Below are positions 24,341 through 37,645 of a DNA stretch of 64,000 nucleotides, piece by piece. The notes beneath the pieces were generated by a model. It was not told the DNA's origin. It saw only the letters and a list, made by a program, of their open reading frames with translations, and made no database searches. The stretch lies in assembly GCA_051294375.1 (NCBI GenBank), contig CM119265.1, positions 4,099,025-4,163,024 on the forward strand, given 5' to 3'. Source of the DNA: Paraspadella gotoi (taxonomy: Eukaryota; Animalia; Chaetognatha). The position numbers and the translations under genes are program-made. The stretch's first letter is position 1. Each line of letters opens with the position of its first letter.

Positions 24341-24631
24341 TTCGTTTTCTAATTTCTTATTTTTATATTTTCTTTATCTTTTAGTTTTCATTTGGCTTCG
24401 GTTTGTTCTAGCAACTTGATCTTTTAATTAAAGTCAAAACGTATGTACTATGTCGTATCTTAATATGTTACGTTTAAACGAGCATGGGTTGTAACTGAAT
24501 TTTTGTCTTCCTTTAGTACGTCACACGTAAATCTCAACTTTTTCGTCCTTCAATTTTCTCCGGTTAAAAGTAATAGTATTAATAATTATTAAGTTATCGG
24601 TTCTCGTCAAATCAAACGCTCTTGCTCTCAG

Positions 24632-24892
24632 ATGGAATACGTACTCGGAGCAGTGGTTGCCGTTGTGGCCGCCCCCGTCGTTCTTCCGGCCGTTGGCTTC
24701 GGCGCTGCCGGCGTCGGCGCGGGTTCTCTCGCGGCTGCTGTCCAGTCTGTGGCCTACGGGGGCGCTACAACAGGCGTTTTCAGCGTCCTTCAGTCAGTGG
24801 GCGCCGCGGGAATCGGCGCCGCGGGAAACGCCGCCCTCGCTGGAGCGGGCGCCGCCGTGGGGGGCGCCGCTGGTGCGGCGTTTGGTGGATAA
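24632..24892 (+). CDS. IFI27: IFI27/IFI6 (ISG12-motif) family small hydrophobic protein, 86 aa
   Basis: VVAAPVVLPAVGFGAAGVGAGSLAAAVQS..YGG..GVFSVLQSVGAAG is the ISG12 motif (GF..AGI.AGS.AA..S...LQS.GA.G). GC-rich island; the ATG directly follows acceptor CTCTCAG; 5'UTR intron 24441-24631 (GTATGT); AATAAA near 25162. The symbol is family-level only. Confidence 0.9.
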   Translation: MEYVLGAVVAVVAAPVVLPAVGFGAAGVGAGSLAAAVQSVAYGGATTGVFSVLQSVGAAGIGAAGNAALAGAGAAVGGAAGAAFGG

Positions 24893-25542
24893 GCAAACCG
24901 CAAGAATATTTCACATTTTGGGAACAAAATTTAAAATTTATTCAATTTCTTTGTATATTTTTGTTTTCTTTCTTCCATCTGTTTTGAAAAAGGAAATTTT
25001 ATATTCTAGTTTTTCACAATTTTTTCAACTAATTGCGTTATTTAAATGTCAAATTGAAAATACCGCTTTGAATGTTTTTTTAAATTTGTTTATGGTATAA
25101 ATGAAGTGCTTAATATTGATGCGAAGTACGACGATAAGTGCGTAGCTATTCTTCACACTAAATAAAGTTATCGAACTTCTACCAATCTACTTCTACCGAA
25201 CTTCTCCTATCCATATAAACAACATCGGCCTAAAAGCGCCTCGTTCCACAGTGATTGGGTTTTTGGCAAAAACAACCTTTTCTCGTATAAAAGATTTGCT
25301 TATAACTTGAGAAAGAATAATTTTTATCTAAGAATTTGTATCATTACTATGGAAAGTCTGAATAAGTATTTAGGTCTGAATATGTACTTATGCCCGTATG
25401 TTCAAGTGCTTTTTTCCGGGGTTTTTTTTTTTTATCACTCTGCGTCTGCCCTCTCTCACGCTCTTGACTCGTCCATTGCTTCTGTTGTATGTCGCCTTTT
25501 CTATTCCGGGAAGGAAAATGGGATAAAATGATAAAGGTTATA

Positions 25543-27005
25543 TTTATCGAGCCTACCGGCGAAGCCGGTTCAGGCTCGATATTGATTTGGGTGAGCTTCT
25601 TTGTGACGTCGTCGTCGTCGGCGTCATGCATTTTTATATAAAAACTACTACGCTTTTATAGTTTTGGCTGGGACTTATCGTTTTTTTTTAAATAAAAATT
25701 ATTGTATTTTGACTTTCTTTTGCTATTTAAAATAGTTTAGAGATGAAACGAAAAATTCGTTGTAATAGCAATTTTTTTATTTTTATTAATGTACATGTTT
25801 GCTGATGAAGACTCGTAATACTAAGAGTCGAAACATGTACATTAATAAAAATAAAAAAAATTGCTATTACAACGAATTTTTCGTTTCATCTCTAAAATAA
25901 AAATTATTATAAATTACAATGAAGTTTTATAAAAGTGTGCGATCATAGTAACTTAAAAATTTAGATATGGCTTGAAATAGCTCTAAAATTTTATATTACA
26001 TTTGGATTCAAGTATTTTTTGTTTGAATTTCCACTTCATTATGATTTACTGCAATATGCAAATGAGATTATAGTACTCATTTTAATATCCAAATTATTAT
26101 ATAAAAATGCTTTAATCTAATTTACATATTGCAGTATATAATATTGAAGATGATATTCAAAAATTTTTTTTGAAATCTATAATAAAAATGAAAAATCAAA
26201 GGACCTTTTTAATGAGAAGCTAAATCTTAATTTTAATACAAATAAAAATAAAATCTTTTATAAGCTATGATTGGAAAAAATTGTAAAAATTTCCAATTGT
26301 AAAAAATGTAAATTGTAACATTTGTTTCCTTTTTTTCCTCTTTTATTTCTTTAAATTATTATCTTTTCTTCTTATTTTTGTCAGTTGCTGCCTTTTCTGA
26401 ACCCTTTAAAAACGAGTTCAGGCTCTGCAGTGACTGTTCAGCTGCCTTACAGCAACTGTCCAGCTTTCTCTGTCTCTCTCTGTCTCTCTCTTTCTCTCTG
26501 TACGATCTCTTGCGTGATCGTTTTTTGAAAAATTTTGATTATTTTTTTCCTTTTAAAAACTTTTATTATCGCCATTTATTCCGCGCTTTTTTCTCAATGC
26601 AAAATCCCAAATTTATATCCGAGATTTATATCTCTTTCTTTCTCTCTTTCTCTCTCTCTCTTTCTCTCTCTCTTTCACTCATACACGCATTTGTTTGTTT
26701 TATTTATAGTGAATGATTCATTGCGTCAATGAATGACTATCATCGTATCAATGAATGACTATCATCGTATCAATGAATGATTATCATCTCATCAATCAAT
26801 GCCTATCATCGCATCAACCATTTGCTTATTATCACATCAATCATTTGGTTATCATCACATCGATCATTTGGTTATCATCGCATCAATTATTGGTTATCAT
26901 CGCATCAATCATTTGGTTATCATCGTATCAATCATTTGGTTATCATCGCATCAATATTTGGTTATCATTGAAGGGAGGCTCGATCCTATTCTTTTAAGAT
27001 TTTTT
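25543..27005 (+). mobile_element. Helentron/DINE-like non-autonomous element family B
   Basis: 5' TTATCGAGCC..GCGAAGC..GGCTCGAT hairpin, GTC microsatellite, internal 23-bp tandem array (CATCGCATCAATCATTTGGTTAT, ~26725-26965), 3' GGCTCGAT. Paralogue at 33567-36075; relative at 32201-32640. Confidence 0.7.
25736..25896 (+). ncRNA. Minimal hammerhead-ribozyme-like motif (Penelope-type) in a 65-bp-arm foldback
   Basis: CTGATGA-A-GACTC[10 nt loop]GAGTC-GAAA-CATG-TA at 25802-25839. Arms 25736-25800 and 25831-25896 are near-perfect reverse complements. Confidence 0.55.
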
Positions 27006-27077
27006 TTTCTCTTTTTGCTCTAATTTACTATATCAATGTTTCGCTCGTCCTTATAGACAGATTAGTTTCGCTGAATA

Positions 27078-27730
27078 CCCAGTGTCCGCTCGCGAGTGAC
27101 ACCAAAAAAATATTTACTATACTTTAAATATTTAATAAATATAATTTATAAGTATATCATTAGTTGGAGAATTATTGGACGTTAAGAAGTTAAAGATGTT
27201 TAAGTTTCATTTCGTATTTAATTCATTTACTATTCTATATTTAATTTGTTATCTAACACAGTAAAATTGGCAAATGGTCTATTCAATGGCGTATCTGAAT
27301 TATCGTAATGAGTAATTTCTGAGTAATGATTTTTTATTTATTTTTTAATTATAAATCTTAAGTTTTCTTTATACAATTCGTCAATTAGGAATAAATGCTT
27401 TCCTGAGCATGTTCTTGACTGTTTTGAATAATTATTTTATATCATAAAGAGTTCCAGATAATTCTTAATTTAATGATATAAATGAATTTTAATAATTTTT
27501 AGAAATTAATGAGTAATTAATTTATAATGATTTTTTTTTAAAGAAGAAATTGGATGACCATTAAAGAAAGGTTATTTTACATAAGTAAATATCAAATTAA
27601 TCTTATGAAATTAAAATATAATAAACATATAGTACCTTGCTATAGAATGAAGAAAGAAAATTTAAAAAAATATTTATCCAATAAGAAATGTGATGCATTT
27701 TTTTGGTGTCACTCGCGAACGGACACGGTG
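27078..27730. mobile_element. MITE with ~31-bp TIRs
   Basis: CCCAGTGTCCGCTCGCGAGTGACACCAAAAAAA ... TTTTTTTGGTGTCACTCGCGAACGGACACGGTG around an AT-rich interior; TA on the left flank. Confidence 0.75.
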
Positions 27731-30700
27731 TTTAGTTTAGTTTAGGTGTTGTATAAGGGTTTAGTAAACTTTTAATATTAATTACTTCATAGGTAGCAAT
27801 CCAAAATCGTTAACCCTTACCATAAATTGTTTGTCATCGACATAAATACATAGTAATGGATTATGGATGGTTTTCGATGACTTCGTCAAAGATTGATTTT
27901 CTCGATATTCCTGGATGCAACGGCGCGACGGCGAAGAAAGGCGTTGAGTCATCGATGGGGAAAAAAAAGGGAAAATCGTTCTCATCATTCCACAACCATG
28001 TTAACAGAACATAGATCATAGTGGAGATGGTATTTTATAAATTGAAATAACCGGGAATTATTAATATCAAGAGGACCGTTCTGTTGTAGTTAAGTGAGAA
28101 GTTTAATTAAAGAATTTAATCAGTTGGAAGGGCGAAAACGACGACGACGGCGAATTGAGAGAGCGAATTCTAGAAAGTGAAATTAAATAAGGAGAAAAAG
28201 AAGTTGAAGAGGAGGAAGGAAGATGAGGAAGGTGTTAAAAGGAGAATGAGAGGAGATGGCAAAAGGAGAATGAGAGGAGATGGTAAAAGGAGAAGGAGAG
28301 GAGATGGTAAAGGAGAAGGAGAGGAGATGGCAAAAGGAGAAGAAGAGGAGATGACAAAAGGAGAATGAGAGGAGATGGCAAAAGGAGAAGGAGAGGAGAT
28401 GGCAAAAGGAGAAGGAGAGAAGATGGCAAAAGGAAAAGTAGAGGAAGTGAAGAGGATGGGGTCTTGTTGAGAATAAACAGCATCCCAGGAAGCAAATGGA
28501 TTAAGCTAAGGATAATGACAATGATAAATATGAAGTCGTTTACTTTATTTATCCATGAAGACGTTAAAGCCGACGAAAACGTTTTTAACGAAACCGAGAA
28601 AAATTAGAAGACGAGATGACGACGACAAAAGCCAAGAATTTTTGATAACGAAATTGCGTGACTCGCGACGGGGACGACGACGACGACGACGACGACGACA
28701 AAGCTGCCAACAAAATTCGATGAAAAGTTTCGGTTTTCAAATGTCGGCGGCGGCGGCGCGTGCGATGGGAGGGTTAGGTGCCGACAGGTGCTCCGTCAAT
28801 TGAGGGAGCTGGGGAGGCGGAAGCACGGAAAGTCGCGAGGTAGATAAATAAAGAAATTAGTTAGAAAATAGGGAGGTCAATAGCACGTGGACAAGTTTTG
28901 ACTAAGAACTGCAGAAAGATAAAAACAAGAACGGTAATTCCAATGTGTTGCGCCGTAGTAACTTAATTTTTACGTGTATTTTTCGTTTTTGCCTGTATAT
29001 TTATGACATACACTGCATCAAAATTCCGTTTTTTATACCTTATAGTTTTAGGAATTCCTGAAGGTGGCGCTAGCAGTCCCTTAGTTTTTAGTTTTTTTTT
29101 CTGTCAAATTAAATGCATTTTTAACGTAAGTAGAGCAGACTGACGGACAGACTTATTGACCGACCGACAGACCGACCGAAAAGTGACTTATAGAGTTGCT
29201 CGGCGAGTACTCGCGGCGCAACTAAAAAACGATTGATGCATCGATTTTTCTTGTTCCATTGCGATGTCGTCATGTTGTTCATCGTCGTCTCTTACGTCGT
29301 CGTTCTCGTCGTCGTTCAAGGCCGAATGCCTGAACAGTAGAGTGGAGCACTCAAGAACAAAAAATTTATTTGAATGATCGAACAATGATATTTAGATGTG
29401 AGATGGTATGATTAACTAGTACAAAAATATTTTGTTCATATTATCTCGGGAACAGAATAGTAAAATATAATATATTTGTAGTAATATCCTTATAAGATAG
29501 TAAATTTTAAAAATAATTTTTATAAAACTTTTATTAAAGATTCAGATTCTTCATAAAAAGTTGAATCAAAAATATAAAACATGTTATCAAAGATTCTGTC
29601 ATCTTCAATGTTTAAAATAAAAAAAAGGTGAAAATTCCTGACTTTTTTATTCTCTGTAGTAGAAACTTATATATGTTAAAACGTTTTAGTCATTTTTTGT
29701 GGTCTAAACATTCAAATATCATATAACATATTTTATAAAAGTTTCTTAGTTTTTAAAGCGAATCCAAATCAATTCTTAAAAATAAAAAAAAATTTTGAAA
29801 TTTGACGATTTTATAAGGATATTACTACATAAATAATTGAATTTGCTATACTGTTATGCTAAAAAAATTTTTAAAAGGATTTAAAATTCATTAATTATAT
29901 GTCCATAGGCAGCAAAAAAATAATGTTCAATCACTCAATCTTTTCATCACTCCACCCTACTGAACAGTCAACCGAAGCGTTTTTTTTTTCTCCGTATTTC
30001 TTCCCGACTGGTGAATCTCGCGTCTAATCAAGTCTCGTCTGCGCTCGGTTTGCTTCTTTGTCCAAGGAATTCAAAAATAAAAGTGCAACGTTTTTGCTTT
30101 TCAATTGAGATCGGAAAAGCTAAAAGTCGAAATGGTAATTGTTAATGTAAAGGTAACCAAAAACAGAACATTAAAGAAACTAAGAAGCTAGTATGAACCT
30201 TGAACATTGTTCAATGAACAATGAACAGTACACAGCGAATATTACTTTTATCAAGACTTTTAGCCATGTCACATTGTGTACGCTTCCTTGACTTTCCGAG
30301 TGCTCAACAAAGAATTTTATCCATAAAATTTTAAATTGCGCGACGGAAGGACTAAACCGTAAACCGATTCATACTTGAGGCTATAAAATTCTCCCTGAAG
30401 TCAATTGTGATTCTCGAAAAACCGTATGACAAGCAGGGTTCCACGACGACGACGACGAATAATGGTAGAGGTTACGCAATCGCGTGCCCGGCGGCGACGG
30501 AGTCGCGGGCAAAAATCTGCGTCGGAATGAGTCATCAGCATTTTTTTTTTTTTTTTTGCGTTGCGATGAAATTTTCTAGTTGCAGTCGACTTTTTGATTT
30601 TTGACAACAGGAAGATTACGTCGACAATGTCCATTTACCTCAGTTATGACCGGGTCCCTTTTTCACATCAACACATTTGTTAACATCACATTCCTCTGAC

Positions 30701-32788
30701 GCATGTCTCCGCGCTGCGGCGAAAAATGGGTTAAAAACGAAAATTAGGTTAAACTCGGAAAACTCAACCGAAAAATCAACGGATTTGTTTGTTTCGTTTT
30801 TTTTTTCGTTTTGTTTTCATCCGATTTTTATGCGATCGGACCAGAGGAACCTCCCGTCGACCTTCGGGACATCCGAGGCTTTTTTTGTCCAAATTTACGG
30901 TATCACGGCATTCACGGCATAAAAAGGGCCGTCATCTCATTTAAGGGGCACGGCATCGAACATTTCAAGGTATTTACGAAATTTTGAAAGATTTTCGAGT
31001 CGCGACGCCGATTTACGACGAAAATATCGAAATGACGCTTCAAAATATTGTCATTCCGACTTCGCGTTACGAGGGGCGTAAAAATAAAGAATACACCGTC
31101 CTTGCGTACCATTTTTGTTCTTTGTTCTCTTTGTCTTTTTAACTTTTTTCTGTTCCAAATTTTCTCCGTCTGTCCAAACGGTTTCGATGCATCTCATCCC
31201 AGCCATATTTTTCCTGACCTTCTTTAGTCTTTACTATGCTTCGGATTTTTTTCGATTATAAGGAAAGAAAACAGTGTAGTTTGTTTCTGATTAAAATTCT
31301 CCTCTCTCCCTTTCTCTTCTCTTCCATGTCTTCTCCATGTCTTCTCCATGTCCCATTTCCCCTTCTATCTCACCTTCTTCTCTCCATGCCTTTCTTATTT
31401 TAATTCTACACGTAAAATTGTATATCTTCTTATTTCACTTCTACTTCCTGTCATCTCCTTCCTTCTTTTCCTTTCTTCTTCCTCCATATCTTTTTCCTTT
31501 CCTCTCCTTCCTTCCTCCTTCCTTTCTTTCCCCTCATTTATCCTCCCACATCGTTAAACTCAGCTACCTCCATTCCTCGGGATACTTTTTTTTTCAATCT
31601 CCCCCCTCCTCCTCTTCCTCCTCCTCCTCCTCCTCCTCCGCTAGCGGGAATGACTCATTCACCAAAGTCATAATTTTTTTTTTAGAAAAAAAACTCTCAG
31701 AACTCCATCTGCAACAGGTTTCCCTCGCTCGTCTAATGTTCTCTCGCGCGTGAAGACCGAGTTGGTTTGCATTTCTTGCAGCCGCGCCCAAAAAGTCGCC
31801 TGATTGCGGACTCAATTTTTTTTTTCCCGCGCGGAATTCCAGGTTTTCAAACGTTTGTGAAATATTATATATATATGTATATTATATATATATTTTTTGG
31901 TAGTTTTAAATGAAGTTAATTTTTTTTTGGCGAAGATTTTCTTTAACGAATAACAAATTGTCAAACGCAATGCAAAAAAAAAAAAATCAAATAAACTACG
32001 ATGAACTAAAACTATGTAGAACTTTTGTTTGCACTTTTTGTTGATACAATTACAAAAATTAGATTTTTAGTGGAAAATAAACAAATAACAAAAATCTGCA
32101 AGTTTCTAAAAAAGTTTAAAATTAATTACGTCATAGCAACGTGCTTATATTCTGATTGCATCGAAGTTGATGGAATATATCTGCTGATAGCATCGCGTTA
32201 TTTTTTATCTCGCCAGACGGGACAAAGCCAAAGCCAAAGCCCGTCTTGGCGAGAGAAAGCGAAGGCAAGGCTTCTTTGTGTCGTCATAGTCGTCGTCGTT
32301 ATCGGCGTCAGGCTTTTTTACCATCATAGCTATTGAAAGTGTGATATCATAGGGAGTTGAAAATTTAGATATGGCTTCTTATCATCAAGATATTTAAAAT
32401 CGTCATGTTTCATATCAATATTTGTATTTGTTTATGGTTTATTTACAAAATAAAAACGTTTTAATAATTATATGGCGCTCTCTCTCTCTCTCTCTCTTTT
32501 AATTATATGTCTCTCTCTCTCTTTTTCTCCGTCACTATTTCTTCTGATTTGTCTAAAAACGAGTTCCGGCTCTGCAGCGTCTGTCCAGCTTCTCTCTTTC
32601 TCTCTCTTTCTCTTTTTTCTTACAAAAAATATTTTTTATTCATTTTTTTCGTAAATGTTAGGTACCATAATCATAATATTTACTCGTGTTTTTCATTGGT
32701 ATACTTTATGACCAGTCTTAAAAAAAATTGCCAAGTTTCTGTCTGTGACTTTATTTATTATTTATTTATTTATTTATTTGTTGTATTT

Positions 32789-32855
<67 letters not shown>

Positions 32856-32926
32856 TTTGATTTATTTAGTCTATTATTTATTTATTTATTTATTATTTAT
32901 TTATCTTATTTTTCTTTTTTTTTCAT

Positions 32927-32971
<45 letters not shown>

Positions 32972-33566
32972 TTTTCTTTCTTTCTTTCACTCCCCATTTT
33001 TCGTCCCATTCAAGTTTATCACGAAAAGTCCTACGCAACGGGTGACCCACAAAGTCATCACAGAATACTCTCTCTTCTCTCTCTCTCTCTCTTCCTCTCT
33101 CTCTCTCTCTCTCTTCTCTCTTCTCTCTCTCATATTCTCTTTCATTATCGATCCCATTGTTTAGTTTTCTCGTCTCATCGTTTGTTTAGGCGAAGGTGAG
33201 CGAAATGTAAACACAAAAAATGTAATAAAACTGTCGAAGAATTAATAAATAGACCGTAATCGAGAGATAAGATTAATTTGATCCCAACTTTAAAAATAGA
33301 GAGTTAAAAAATTATTCTCGGATAGACTTTCAACGAGATCTTTCATAAAATGTTTAATGTGAACTTAAATGTATATTTTATTTCGTCATTTTCGTAGATT
33401 TTCATTTTCTTTCGTCTCATCGTCATGGAATCTTTCTTCTTTGTAGTCAACTTCGCCTTCTTTTTTTAGTATTTACTTTATTCTTTCCCTAAAAAGACAA
33501 ATAATCACTTTTAATCTGTCCTTTCGTAAAATTATAATCCATTTTCTTCGCGGGGGAAGTCTTTTG

Positions 33567-34252
33567 TTATCGAGCCTGCCCCCCCGCGAAGCGGTCCTGG
33601 CTCGAATTTGTTTCGGTTGAGCTTCTTTGTAACGTTGTCGTCGTCGTCGTCGTCACGCTTTTTTGCCAACATGGCTATTAAAAGTGTGATATTATAGGGA
33701 GTTGAAATTTTATGTATGGCTTCTAATCATCAAGATGTTTAAAATTGTCATGTTTCATATCAATATTTGTATTTGTTTCTGTTTTATTTACTCTCTCTCT
33801 TTCTTTTAATTATATGTCACACTCTCTCTCTCTTTTTCTCCGTCACTGCTTCTTCTGATTTGTTTAAAAACGAGTTCCGGCTCTGCAGCGTCTGTCCAGC
33901 TTTTTTTTTCTCTCACTCTCCCTTTTTATCTCTCTCTCTCTCTTTTTTTACAAAAAACTTTTATATATATTGTGGGCTTACAAATATAGAAGACGATGCA
34001 GCGAGCAGTTCACCGTCCATTCTCCTTTTTTTTTTTATTTTTATTTTTGCTTTTCGAGTGTGAATCAGCAGGGGGCGAACGTGAATCCTCGCGCTACCTC
34101 CGGCATCACAGGTATTTTGATTTGGTAACGCGTTTCGATAGCAACGGAAATGTTACGTGTATAAAAAAAAATAAAATAAAATAAAGTTTGAAGCGATTAG
34201 TAAAAGAATAAACGAGTTCCGGCTCTGCAGCGTCTTTCCAGCTTCTTTCTCC

Positions 34253-34296
<44 letters not shown>

Positions 34297-34297
34297 G

Positions 34298-34336
<39 letters not shown>

Positions 34337-36075
34337 GTGTGTTTGTTTCTCTCTGTACGATCTCCTGCGTGATCATTCATTTTTTTTTAAATTCTGATGT
34401 TTTTTTTCTTTCTAAATACTTTTATTATCGCCATTTCTTTTTTCTCAATACAAAATCCCAAATTCACATCCGAGATTTTTTTGGATTTATTCTCTTTCTT
34501 TCTCTCTCTCTTTCTTTATCTCTCTCTCTCTCTCTCTCTCTCTCTTTCATTCATACACGCATGTTTGTTTTATTTACGATGAATAATTCATCACATCAAT
34601 GAATGACTATTATCGCATCAATGAATGACTAACATCGTATCAATGAATCATTATCATCACATCAATGAATGACTATCATCGCATCAATCATTTGGTTATC
34701 ATCACATCAATTATTTGGTTATCATCACATCAATCATTTGGGTATCATTGTATGAATTATTGGTTATCATCGCATCAATATTNNNNNNNNNNNNNNNNNN
34801 NNNNNNNNNNNNNNNNNNNNNNNNNNNNNNNNNNNNNNNNNNNNNNNNNNNNNNNNNNNNNNNNNNNNNNNNNNNNNNNNNNNNNNNNNNNNNNNNNNNN
34901 NNNNNNNNNNNNNNNNNNNNNNNNNNNATCCCATCAATAATCAATAATAAATAATTAATAATCAATAATAAATAATCATCAATAACTTACTATTACATTA
35001 ATAATAGAGTGATGTGAAAATAATAAAATTTTAGAAAATTTAAATTTAGCATATAACGCCTTTTATTTGCATAAACCAAGGGGGGCCAGCTCATTTTGAG
35101 CTGTATCTTAATTCTTAATTTTTCACTTTAACAGTCACTTATCTATCCCTCACAAAATGTATCATTTCACATTTAAAAACTTTCTTTCCTTTCATTACTA
35201 TCTATTTATTACTAGAATAATTGTTAAATGCACCATTAGTTTAAACTTATTCCTTGTTATACATTACATAATGTATTATTTTGTCTCTCCCTGTTCTCCT
35301 CCATCTCTCTCTCCCTCTCCCTCCTTCTGTTCTTCTCCTCTCTCTCTCTTTCACGCAATGGACCATTTCACTTCGTTTTCAAACAACTGAATCTGTCCTC
35401 AACTCAAACTGTTACTCATTCTTTAACACACTATCTCTGGTTGGGAAACTTTGAGCCTCCGCTCTCTCTCTCTCTCTCTTTCTTCTCACTTCTCTCCTCT
35501 CTCTCGTCTCTCTCTCTCCCTTCTTTTTACACAAATTTTAGTTAATGCCATCATTACCGACTGAACATCGAAGACTCGAAATGAAAGAGTTGAAACATGG
35601 TCGCGATATTACTAAATAAAAATACGCTTGACGCAAGAAAACATTTGCCAAACTTTGTAAATTTAGCATCATAAATATGAAAATAAAAACCAATAAAAAT
35701 ACTTCGGTAAATTTATTCTTTTAATTTTATACATTAGCTGGGCAGCCAGTGAACTTTAAAAATATCAGTTTTTTTATGATTTTTCACCTACTTCAATACA
35801 TATTTTTTGAAAAAGATCTATATTTTCTTTTATCAACTTTTAACGAAAGATCTGAATCTGTTCTCAGAATTTAAAAAAAAATATTTTGAAGTTTTGACAT
35901 TATATAAGGGTAGCACCATATACAAAATATAACTGCTAAATTTTGATTACAAACTTTTACTTCACCCTAATCAATAATTTTGTTATCGCATCAATCATTC
36001 ATTTTTTCCATGATTTTTTCCTTAAGTTTCATTAATGGCTGGCAGGCTCGATCAATAATACTTTTAAGATTTTTT
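33567..36075 (+). mobile_element. Helentron/DINE-like family B element with nested insertions and an N gap
   Basis: Same termini and 23-bp array as 25543-27005; contains a Penelope-like fragment at ~35075-35630. Confidence 0.6.
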
Positions 36076-36628
36076 GGGGTTTTTTTTTATCTCCTGCTTT
36101 GGAAGTTGCCCGTTGGAGTTTTGTAAAGCGGATTTTTTTGTTTTGTTTCTCGGTTTTTTTCTTTTTCATATTTTTTCTTTCTTATTTTTACTTTTTTAAC
36201 TGAATTTATCATAATTGTGAAATTTTTTTTTAAAAGTAGTGAAAGCGTGAAGTCGGAAAAGAGTAACTTTTCCGATTTCCCGATAAATACTTCCTGTTCA
36301 ATTTAATTAGAAAAGCTTTCGTTCAAAATCTCATAAAACTTTTGAAAATTTAAAGTATGCCAGTTTCTTAATGGATAACTTTTGGCCAACTTTAAAGTCT
36401 AACACTGAATAAAAAAAACTAAATGAATTTAAAAACTTAGTCAACGCTAAACAACGTTTAATTTGTTTTAAATTAACAAAGCCGCACAAACTAAAAAGAC
36501 GACCTTCGGCAAAATCTAATTAGATTGAGGTAGACGAGTTGGAAAGACGACGACGACGACGACTAAAACTGCGACACGAAAAGAAGACAAAGAGGCATAA
36601 ATACTAACGATACGAATGGCAGGACAAG

Positions 36629-37060
36629 ATGAAACGAACGATGACGACAGCAAAGATGACGATGACAATGATGACTAAGACATTAGCGATGACAACAGCA
36701 AAGACGACGATGACAAAGACATTAGCAATGATGACAGCAAAGACAATGATGACGACAATGACAAAGACATTAGCAATGACGTCAGCAAAGACGATGATGA
36801 CGACGATGACAAAAAGATTAGCGATGACGACAGCAAAGACGACAATGACAAAGACATTTGCGATGACGACAGCAAAGACAACGATGACGACAATGACAAA
36901 GACATTAGCGATGACGACAGCAAAGATGACGATGACAAAGACATTAGCGATGACGACAGAAAAGACGACGATGACGACAATGACGACGATGACAAAAACG
37001 AAGAAGACAACAATGACGATGACGACGGCAAAAACAACGACGACGACGACGAAAACGTGA
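36629..37060 (+). repeat. GAC/GAT-derived minisatellite
   Basis: Repeating ACAAAGACATTAGCGATGACGACAGCAAAGACGACGATG-type units. Confidence 0.85.
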
Positions 37061-37612
37061 GCGGCAAAGCTGCAACGAAGTCGATGTATACTTTCTAAAA
37101 AAATATTTCTCTAATGGAAAAAAAGAAAAACGGAAATCTATAAAAAGATAAGGAGGGAAAATAAATTTATACTATATATCACGAAAAAAATATTATCAAA
37201 AATTTTTTTTTTCGCGAAGACGTTGAAAGCTTAAATGATAAATTAGAGACAGAATGTAAGTATTTTTAAAGGTTATTTGAAAATTATTACGTGACTACAC
37301 AATAGAGTGAAGTGAAAATTATAAAATTTTAGAAAATTAAAATTTAGCATATAAAACATAAAAATAAAAACCAATAAAACTTTGTCGTTCCGTCGGTCCG
37401 CCCCCTCAATATTGTCGTGCAACCACATATATCATGTCAGAATATCGAATTATGATAACTTATGCAAAAAAAACCGATGTCCCACAGTGATCCAAATGGC
37501 TTAAATTTCCGGAAAAACCTCCCTTTATTGGCAAAAACAACTTTTTCTTGTATGCTGATTATCATCGATGCCCTCTGAGGTTCTTTAAAACGTTTCAAAT
37601 GATAAAAAGAGA

Positions 37613-37645
<33 letters not shown>

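Noticed and set aside
36629-37067. Thr/Met-rich 143-aa ORF (antifreeze/mucin-like)
   Set aside because: Product of a GAC/GAT simple repeat; no signal peptide or splice context.
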